Origin: Gammaproteobacteria bacterium
GTDB taxonomy: Bacteria; Pseudomonadota; Gammaproteobacteria; SZUA-152
Assembly: GCA_021648485.1 (NCBI GenBank)
Contig: JAKISS010000003.1
Span: 3,988 to 67,987 of the forward strand
DNA: 64,000 bases
Direction: 5' to 3'
Part shown: positions 57,149-64,000 of the stretch, in pieces
Position numbering within the stretch: position 1 is the first letter of the stretch
Layout of the letters: every line of letters starts with the position of its first letter
Notes under the pieces: generated by a model
What the model was told of the DNA's origin: nothing
Seen by the model: only the letters and a program-made list of their open reading frames with translations
Database searches by the model: none
Position numbers and translations under genes: made by a program

Positions 57149-58219
57149 ATGACCACCGGTGTGCTCATTACCAACCTTGGCACTCCTGATGCCCCTACTG
57201 CTCCTGCATTACGACGTTATCTGGCTGAATTTCTATGGGATCCGCGCATCGTTGACAGTCTGCCGCGACCTGTCTGGTGGCTGGCTTTGCATGGGCTGAT
57301 TCTGCGTTTGCGGCCTGCTCGCTCGGCAAAGTCGTACGCCAGTGTGTGGACAGATGAAGGTTCCCCGTTACTGGTTATTGCGGAGCGTCAACTCGCTGCC
57401 TTGCGTGAGTCGCTGGCGCAGCGGCTGCCTGGTCCGGTTGTGGTGGAACTGGGTATGCGTTACGGCAATCCGTCGCTCGCCTCGGCGATGCAAAAACTAC
57501 GGGATGCCGGTGCGCGTCGTGTGTTGGTGCTGCCGTTGTATCCGCAGTATTCCTGTAGCACTACGGCTTCCACCTTTGACGCGATTGCCGCAGAAATGGC
57601 CGGTTGGCGCTGGATGCCGGAGCTGCGGTTTATTAATCAGTATCATGATGAAACCGGTTATATCGAAGCACTGGCGGCGAGTATTCGGGAATCCTGGGCG
57701 CAGCGCGAACAACCACAGAAATTACTGTTTTCTTTTCACGGCACCCCTAAACGCTTTTTCACCGAGGGTGACCCTTATTACTGCCACTGCCAAAAAACCG
57801 CACGTTTGGTGGCCGAGCGTTTGGGGTTGGCGGAGGATCGCTGGCAGCTGACTTTTCAGTCCATTTTTGGTCGTGAGGAATGGTTGCAGCCCTACACCAT
57901 CGAAATTTTACGTGAGCTGGGTAGCAGCGGTGTGAAATCCGTGGACATTGTCTGTCCCGGGTTTTCAGCAGATTGTCTGGAGACGCTGGAAGAGATCACG
58001 GTGGAAAACAAGGATGCGTATCTCGCAGCAGGTGGAGAGCAGTTTCACTACATTTCTGCGCTTAATGACAGACCGGATCACATGGCGGCATTGTCGGGAC
58101 TGGTGCAAAAACACTTGGCGGGTTGGCCGGAAGCATCACCGGACTGGAATGCCGTGCAGCATGAAAGCGGGAATGCTGAACGCTTGATGCGGGCGAAGGT
58201 GGTAGGGGCTGATATTTAA
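57149..58219 (+). CDS. hemH: Ferrochelatase
   Basis: MTTGVLITNLGTPDAPTAPALRRYLAEFLWDPRIVD parallels E. coli HemH. It has the LPLYPQYS motif and the conserved His/Glu region. The start was chosen at MTTG. Confidence 0.85.
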   Translation: MTTGVLITNLGTPDAPTAPALRRYLAEFLWDPRIVDSLPRPVWWLALHGLILRLRPARSAKSYASVWTDEGSPLLVIAERQLAALRESLAQRLPGPVVVELGMRYGNPSLASAMQKLRDAGARRVLVLPLYPQYSCSTTASTFDAIAAEMAGWRWMPELRFINQYHDETGYIEALAASIRESWAQREQPQKLLFSFHGTPKRFFTEGDPYYCHCQKTARLVAERLGLAEDRWQLTFQSIFGREEWLQPYTIEILRELGSSGVKSVDIVCPGFSADCLETLEEITVENKDAYLAAGGEQFHYISALNDRPDHMAALSGLVQKHLAGWPEASPDWNAVQHESGNAERLMRAKVVGADI

Positions 58220-58239
58220 GTTTACTCATTTTCCTCGAT

Positions 58240-58980
58240 GCCATAAGCCACACCCAGCCGACAGATCAGTTTGGCCATGTAGCGCCGGGCTTAGTCTTCC
58301 AGTATTTCATTGGCACTCACTGGTTGTATTCACGCTGAATTCGCAGTGAGTCTTTGTTAATATCCATCGGGGTTTCTGTTTATCCCCCTGTGTCAGGATA
58401 GTTGTCAGAAGCCTTGATAATGTATTAGTGTATCGCTATGTTATGATTGCCTGGGTAAGCTGGCACTAATTTAGTGCGCACGCCATCGGTAGTGAAAGCG
58501 TCTTCCACAGGTTGAGGTCAGAGGTTATATGGTTCAACCCAGGCCGCAACTTCACTTTTAAGCATTTCCTGATCCGCAATGTGCCTACCCAGACATTGCT
58601 CTACGTCCAGTTTCCATTCAGTATTTTTTAGTCCGCCAGGTTTCTTTCTAGAACTGGGTTCAATCCTTGTGTTACAGCCCGTTTACGTATGCGTTCAACG
58701 GTTCAGATCCTAATGCCAAACACTTCACCGGTCTGTTCATCTTTCCAATTTTCACCTTCATATTTATCCGCTTTGAGCAAAATTTGGGTATACAATCGTT
58801 TATGAGATGCTACTTTTCGCTTTTTTACAATGTCGTGCAGTTTTGTTCGTTTGGTTTCAGTCAGCTTTATTTTGTATTTTTTGGCCGTGGTGTCATTCTG
58901 TTTCCTGTGAATAGGGGAAAGGTGTATTCTACCCAGAAATTATGGCATGGCAATGTGCGAGTGGCCCGAGCACTTTGATA
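58240..58980 (-). pseudogene. Decayed IS630/Tc1-like transposase remnant (frameshifted N-terminal HTH fragment plus disconnected C-terminal fragments)
   Basis: On the minus strand AGGAAACAGAATG opens a short frame (MTPRPKNTK*). A +1 frame continues with KYKIKLTETKRTKLHDIVKKRKVASHKRLYTQILLKADKYEGENWKDEQTGEVFGI. The RL.T.ILL.A(D/E) pattern followed by (D/E)EQ.. matches the paired-type HTH of IS630 transposases. Further short fragments lie downstream (…RHIADQEMLKSEVAAWVEPYNL*). No intact ORF is present. Confidence 0.45.
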
Positions 58981-59048
58981 ATTATTTTATGCTCATGAAC
59001 TTTTGCTTGAACAGCATTGCTCTTTTTTTAATAAAATATTGGAGTTAA

Positions 59049-59753
59049 ATCATTATCAACATTTCCATAATAATTCCCATTTATAATGAATTTGACACGA
59101 TTCTTGTCCTTTTAAATAAAATACTATCATTGCCGTTTAAAAAAGAAATTATTCTTGTTGATGATGGTTCTACTGATTCTTATAGAAGAATGGTTAATTC
59201 TCTGAGTTTTCATCCCAATATCCTCTTCCTTCATCACGTTCAGCGCATGGGAAAAGGTGCAGCAGTACAGACCGGGCTACAAGCAGCTACAGGTGATATT
59301 GTAGTAATTCAGGATGCTGACCTTGAGTATGATCCATCTGACATTATTCCATTAATCAAACTTATTGAATTGGAGAAAGCAGACGTAGCTTATGGTGTGC
59401 GTGACCTTTCCAGTCAAAGAACAATTATAAAATTTGGAAACCGGTTTCTTACGTGGATGATAAATAAACTTTATGGTCAATCTATCCTTGATATGACAAC
59501 TTGTTATAAGGTTATGCGGATTGATGTAATGAATAGTTTGGAACTGAAGTCCAGAAAATTTTCAATTGATGCAGAAATTACTACCAAGTTATTCAGGGTA
59601 GGGTATACCATTGCAGAAACTCCCATTAGTTATGAGCCGAGATATGTTAATAAAAAATTGAAAATTTGGGATGGGGTTCCAATGCTATGGACGATGCTTA
59701 AATATCGGTTTTGGAAGCCTACAGTGGATAAGTCATTTATTCGTGTGGACTAA
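59049..59753 (+). CDS. Family 2 glycosyltransferase (polyprenyl-phosphate sugar synthase, ArnC/DPM1-like)
   Basis: In frame from 59049 the protein reads IINISIIIPIYNEFDTILVLLNKILSLPFKKEIILVDDGSTD…VIQDADLEYDP, i.e. canonical GT2 N-terminal and DxD motifs. There is no ATG, GTG or TTG between the in-frame stop at 59046–59048 and the TTG at 59130 used by the ORF track. It is either a non-canonical start (ATT at 59052, 7 nt after GGAG) or a degraded 5' end. Confidence 0.6.
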   Translation: MIINISIIIPIYNEFDTILVLLNKILSLPFKKEIILVDDGSTDSYRRMVNSLSFHPNILFLHHVQRMGKGAAVQTGLQAATGDIVVIQDADLEYDPSDIIPLIKLIELEKADVAYGVRDLSSQRTIIKFGNRFLTWMINKLYGQSILDMTTCYKVMRIDVMNSLELKSRKFSIDAEITTKLFRVGYTIAETPISYEPRYVNKKLKIWDGVPMLWTMLKYRFWKPTVDKSFIRVD

Positions 59754-59936
59754 TATGGGGCGACAATTGTTCCTTAAAAACTTTTGATTGGTGTATATTT
59801 GGAATAGTTTCGACAATTTATACAGCTAATAGTGTTGTTTGTCTGTTTTAAAAACAGACAAACGGGTTAAAGTATAACCTTATGGGAAGCTTATCAATTG
59901 AATTTTTATTTGGTAATAATCGCGCATAGATAAGCA

Positions 59937-61712
59937 GTGATATTGAATAACCTAGTTTATAAACTCCAACAATATTCAGCTAGTTATAGTTGGAAATTGT
60001 CTCGCATGCCAGTTTGTATATTTTTGTTGGCATTTTCTATAAATTTATTGCATGTCGGTATGGCAGAGTGGGGGGGAGGATTGCTCTCTGCCTACCCGCG
60101 TTCTGATGCCTATATTTATATTTACCAAGCTTGGTACACAGCATTTATAGATAGTAATGGTGGTTTTTCAAGTGTATTTATGTCCCCTTCTTTGTACGTA
60201 TGGTTGCAAACCATAGCTTACAAGTTGTTTGGTCCACATTATTCTGTCCCGTTATTAGTGAATGCTATGCTAGTGAGTTTTTCAGCAGTTTTTTGTTCTC
60301 TAACCACAAGACGTTTATTTATCGAACAAGTTGGATGGATTGCCGGTGTAATATTCACGCTCTGCGGCCCCATTGTTTTTTTTTCTGGTATAACGGTTAA
60401 AACAAATCTGGTATTATTTTTATTGGCATTGGCTTGTTATTTCGCCATTCGTTTTTTTCAGGATGTGAGATATTGGTGGGCTTTCACTGCCACATTAACT
60501 TTAGGTTTAGCCGCTATGGAGCGGCAAAATCTTTTGTTGTTGATCATATTTTTAATTTCGTTCATTGTGCTTCACGGGTGGCGGACAGCATCAAAAAAGG
60601 AATTAATTAAGATTTATGCTGCTTGCGTTTCAGCTGTTGCTCTTTTGTTTGTTATTTCTGCCTGGAATCCTAATGAGATAGAACCAAAAATATTTTCTCC
60701 AGTAGGCCTTAATTTCTATGTTGGAACTGCGCCAAAATCTTGGGGGGGGTACACCTTTGTTGAAGGTATTCGAAATGACATTATAGGCCACCGCACTCAA
60801 CCACAAAGATTGTTGGAAAATGAGTCAGGGCGTCCCGTGAGTCGCTGGGAAGTAAGTCAATTCTGGTTTAAAAAATCCCTTGATTATTATGCCAAGCACC
60901 CATTGGACTATTTGGTGTTACAACTTCGGAAGGCGGGACTGTTAGTAGCACAATATTCCCAAGGGTTACCAGAGCAGTATCATGTATGGAGATGGAAGCG
61001 GCCCGCATTAATGCTTGCGTTCATCGATACAGGTTTAATGCTGATATTTTTCGGGTTTGGGTTGTTTTATTTGCGCTCTAGGGTGGGTGATCCTGGGCTG
61101 AAATTTTTAATCATTGGGTCAATACTTTATTCATTATCGGTATGGATATTCTTTATTGGTGAGCGGTATCGTTTGACTTTAATTGTTCTCTTGGTTCCAA
61201 TTGCTGCATATGGTATATGGAGCATCCTACAGAATAGGTCAATTAAGAAAATAGCTCTGAGTATTGGTATTATCTTGCTTTTCTATGGAGGATCATGGGG
61301 ATTAAATAATCTTATTCCTTACGGGCCTGGGTGGGCTGAAGATCATGATCGATTTCTAGCGCGAGAACAAAAGAAACAACATAAAGAAAGGCGGGTTAAT
61401 CAGCTCATGACACAAGTTGTGTATAAACCAAATATAGAGGCGTGGCTAGAACTATCTAAAATATTCGAACGCAGAGGCTTGTTGCCAGACGCTAAAACAT
61501 TTGCCGAAAGAGCTATAGCTAGTGCGCCAAGCAAGAGTGAAGGTTATGAACGTATGCTTGATTTGTTAAATCGAAACAGTGCAGAATCTGAAAGAGAAAT
61601 ATTTTCTTTATTACTCGAAAAAGCATCAAGCGAAGAGGTCGGGGACCAAAGAGCTCTCAACGCACTAAAACAACAATTATCTCGGCTGAAAGATAAACGT
61701 CCTATTCATTAG
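59937..61712 (+). CDS. GT-C fold glycosyltransferase (PMT_2/ArnT-like, polyprenyl-phosphate-sugar dependent) with C-terminal TPR-like helical domain
   Basis: 591 aa. About 11–12 TM helices are present. An N-terminal periplasmic loop carries acidic and aromatic residues (YPRSDAYIYIYQAWY). The C-terminal ~150 aa is soluble and helical, ending in TPR-like repeats. It sits directly downstream of the GT2 gene. Confidence 0.7.
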   Translation: MILNNLVYKLQQYSASYSWKLSRMPVCIFLLAFSINLLHVGMAEWGGGLLSAYPRSDAYIYIYQAWYTAFIDSNGGFSSVFMSPSLYVWLQTIAYKLFGPHYSVPLLVNAMLVSFSAVFCSLTTRRLFIEQVGWIAGVIFTLCGPIVFFSGITVKTNLVLFLLALACYFAIRFFQDVRYWWAFTATLTLGLAAMERQNLLLLIIFLISFIVLHGWRTASKKELIKIYAACVSAVALLFVISAWNPNEIEPKIFSPVGLNFYVGTAPKSWGGYTFVEGIRNDIIGHRTQPQRLLENESGRPVSRWEVSQFWFKKSLDYYAKHPLDYLVLQLRKAGLLVAQYSQGLPEQYHVWRWKRPALMLAFIDTGLMLIFFGFGLFYLRSRVGDPGLKFLIIGSILYSLSVWIFFIGERYRLTLIVLLVPIAAYGIWSILQNRSIKKIALSIGIILLFYGGSWGLNNLIPYGPGWAEDHDRFLAREQKKQHKERRVNQLMTQVVYKPNIEAWLELSKIFERRGLLPDAKTFAERAIASAPSKSEGYERMLDLLNRNSAESEREIFSLLLEKASSEEVGDQRALNALKQQLSRLKDKRPIH

Positions 61713-62147
61713 TATGGTTTAGTGTTTGTACAAATATCGGCATCCGGTTGAAAATATCTTTGCGCGCCTTAAGTGTTTCCGGTCAATTGCGATGAGATAT
61801 GACAAATTAAAACGAAATGATCAGCGCATGTCGGCACTCGCTTACAACTTTTTTTGGTTACCAATGTGAAGCGTCAACTGACTGACCCTTAGTAATTTTC
61901 CACTCTCACCTAAATTCACAAACTATGTCGAAATTTTATACAATTTTCTGCCAATTATATATTAGGAAAACTATATAATTTATGCATTTCAATGACATAT
62001 ATTTACTGGCATGAAAAGTGCGTATTGTTGTCTTGCAGACAGATTTCACCATTATGTGTAAAAGAATTCGACATTACCTGCCTGCAATTAAAGTTTTTAA
62101 TTACTAAAGTTAGCGATAATAATTTCAGGAAATATATAGCAACAAGT

Positions 62148-62885
62148 ATGAGTATCTTACGTAATTTATCAGTCGCATTAACCTTGATGCTATCAAGCTT
62201 TTCAACCCAAGCAACGGTCATTGATCTCTATCAGTGGGTTTTTAATATTAATGGAACAATCTATGAGTCTGGATTTTATCCTGTAGGCTCGGAATCTCTA
62301 CCAGAGCCTTTCAGTGGTACCTTAGATACAAGTGGTCTAGGGTTTTTAAGCACTGAAATTACGGAGGCTGGGGACTATAGTTTTGTTGCGATGCTAGATT
62401 ACGAAATTGATGAAGTTGATAATACTTTTTTCAATGAATATGGTAGCACTGGTGGTACATTAGCAGCAGGCCAGACTTGGGAGATTGACGAACCGGGTTG
62501 GACCTCTGGTGATCTGTATTGGAATGTTCTGGATGCAATATTGGATAACTCAAATAATGTGCCCGATGGTCTTAATGACGACGTTTCCTTCGCGCTTGGC
62601 TGGGATTTCACTTTAGCTGAAGGACAGACAGCAATCATTGATATATTCATGAGTGAAATGTTGGGTACAACTGGGTTTTATTTAGCTCAAAGCGATGCTG
62701 AAACTGGTGCAGGCTATGATGAGTTAACGAATATTTTTTTCTGGAGTGATATATCGATAACCGGTTCACCATCAAGTACCAATAATACTACAAGTAATAC
62801 TAGTGTGCCTGAGCCCTCGGTTATTGTGTTGATAGGTATCGGTTTGTTAGGGTTGGTTGTTACACGGCGTCGTCACACCGTATAG
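62148..62885 (+). CDS. PEP-CTERM sorting-signal protein (putative exosortase substrate) with Ser/Thr-rich linker
   Basis: A signal peptide (MSILRNLSVALTLMLSSFSTQA). The C-terminus is …GSPSSTNNTTSNTSVPEPSVIVLIGIGLLGLVVTRRRHTV, i.e. VPEP motif, TM helix and Arg cluster: the PEP-CTERM signature. The start was chosen at the signal peptide; the ORF-track start is 52 codons upstream. Confidence 0.75.
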   Translation: MSILRNLSVALTLMLSSFSTQATVIDLYQWVFNINGTIYESGFYPVGSESLPEPFSGTLDTSGLGFLSTEITEAGDYSFVAMLDYEIDEVDNTFFNEYGSTGGTLAAGQTWEIDEPGWTSGDLYWNVLDAILDNSNNVPDGLNDDVSFALGWDFTLAEGQTAIIDIFMSEMLGTTGFYLAQSDAETGAGYDELTNIFFWSDISITGSPSSTNNTTSNTSVPEPSVIVLIGIGLLGLVVTRRRHTV

Positions 62886-63251
62886 TGGACTATCAGTTAT
62901 TATAATTAGATCCTATTCTAAATGGGATGCTTTATACCTTGAGGGAAGATCGGTAATCACACGCATGATGAGCACTCTAGTTAGGAGTGGTTAGTGAATC
63001 TCTCAAAGAGAGATGTGATAAATCAACCAAGACTGACCACGATGCTGGGGTTTTGATTATAAGAAAATTCACTAAAATAGTTGGTATAGGAGGCTCTTGT
63101 GTATACAAGAGGATGTTGGTTTTGCGAATAATGGACCTGTATAATAATTGAAAAAATACAAATTTCGGTCTTGGGGTATTACCACAAATTTGTGATTTTA
63201 CTGGTATTATAAACACAAATTTTTTTATACTAAAAAAATCAGGATAGCAAA

Positions 63252-64000
63252 AATGTGGGGAAAGCACCTTAAACGGATAAGAGTTGGATTTTACTGTCTG
63301 CTTTCATTTGTCAGTTTCACGCCGCTCGCTACTCATGCGGACATTTCTCAGGCTGTTGATTATTTGATTACACAACAGGCCGTTGATGGCATTTTTTACA
63401 ACCCGGATACGAACTCAACTTCGTTTCAGTCTACAGCTGAGGCCGTGCGTGGTTTGGTCTTTGTCGGTGAGGCTAGTCAGGCAGATATAGTTGCGGCGCG
63501 CAGTATCTTAAACGGAATTGAGGTTCGCAATACGGAATACCTGTCACGGTTACTAGTGACAACAGTCCAGTCCGGAAATTATCCACAAGCCATAATAGAG
63601 GAACTGCTACTACATCAAAATGTTGATGGAGGTTTTGGTGATTTTTCGGGTTATGATAGTACGATATTGGATACCGCTTTTGCTCTTGAAGCATTGGCAG
63701 AATCCGGTCAGCAACAGAGTGCTATTGCCCCAGCCGCTTGGTTTTTGTTGAATGCCCAATCGGCGGAAGGAGGGTGGTTGGACGGTTCGGATGAAGCCAG
63801 TGTTTATCTCACGGCGCTTTCCATGCGTGCTCTGTGGCACTATCGAAGTGTGTTTTTGGATGTACCTGTTGCATTGGCGAATGCACAAGATTTTTTGCTG
63901 GCGCAACGAGACAATACTACGGGCTTATGGTCTGAAACGTTTAAGTCGGCATTGGCACTGATCGCCCTGATACCTAATGCCAGTGAGTTTTCACAGCTTG
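63252..64000 (+). CDS. Secreted prenyltransferase/terpenoid-cyclase-repeat (alpha-alpha toroid) protein, 5' partial (runs off the window)
   Basis: A signal peptide (…TPLATHA) is followed by repeated Q/W…DGG(F/W) units (QQAVDGIF, HQNVDGGFGDF, NAQSAEGGWLDG, AQRDNTTGLWSE), typical of the prenyltransferase/squalene-oxidase repeat. It is an open frame with no stop inside the window. Confidence 0.5.

Noticed and set aside
58640-58670. tRNA-like T-loop string GGTTCAATCC
   Set aside because: The flanking bases cannot form T-stem or acceptor-stem pairings, and no D-arm or anticodon arm is present. It lies inside the IS630-like remnant.
58667-58978. 103 aa plus-strand ORF (MCYSPFTYAFNG…)
   Set aside because: Phe-rich low-complexity translation lying antisense to the transposase remnant. 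Judged spurious.

Overview
This 64 kb window is chromosomal DNA, probably from a gammaproteobacterium. It is about 50% GC, with several AT-rich islets. The psd … fimX-like … parC … parE gene order resembles Pseudomonas.

**Core genes**
- topA, a dodecin-like gene and an FHA-domain gene.
- A periplasmic ATP-dependent ligase (Lig E type).
- A moaA–(soeC/B/A-like Mo-bisPGD oxidoreductase) operon and aroE.
- A phosphate cluster: PiT plus its DUF47 partner, divergent phoB-phoR, and a pstS-like gene with a clear Pho box.
- dinB; a cytochrome b561–DUF1924–diheme cytochrome c–PepSY–response regulator–histidine kinase module; and a PAS histidine kinase paired with a REC-GGDEF regulator.
- parE and parC; the EF-P beta-lysylation trio epmB/efp/epmA.
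- A PilZ protein, psd, SCO1 and PCu(A)C copper chaperones, and hemH.

**Accessory content**
- About 22.99–26.4 kb: an islet bracketed by two direct copies of a 75 bp IS200/IS605-type left-end-like sequence. It carries a long Y1 (HuH) transposase, an orphan T6SS hcp, two unassignable AT-rich ORFs, and a frameshifted classic IS200 tnpA.
- A REP family (GTAG-GGTGGAAC…GTTCCACC) in at least four intergenic sites, plus a RAYT gene wedged between parE and parC.
- A FimX-like degenerate GGDEF–EAL protein flanked by two paralogous ~618 aa proteins of unknown function.
- A decayed IS630-like remnant, followed by an AT-rich block with a GT2 glycosyltransferase, a PMT/ArnT-like GT-C glycosyltransferase with TPRs, a PEP-CTERM protein with an S/T-rich linker, and a partial secreted prenyltransferase-repeat protein.

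No rRNA, tRNA or CRISPR arrays were recognised. Start positions are mostly inferred from homology to typical N-termini and codon arithmetic on the supplied ORF track. Coordinates of short motifs are approximate (about ±3 nt).
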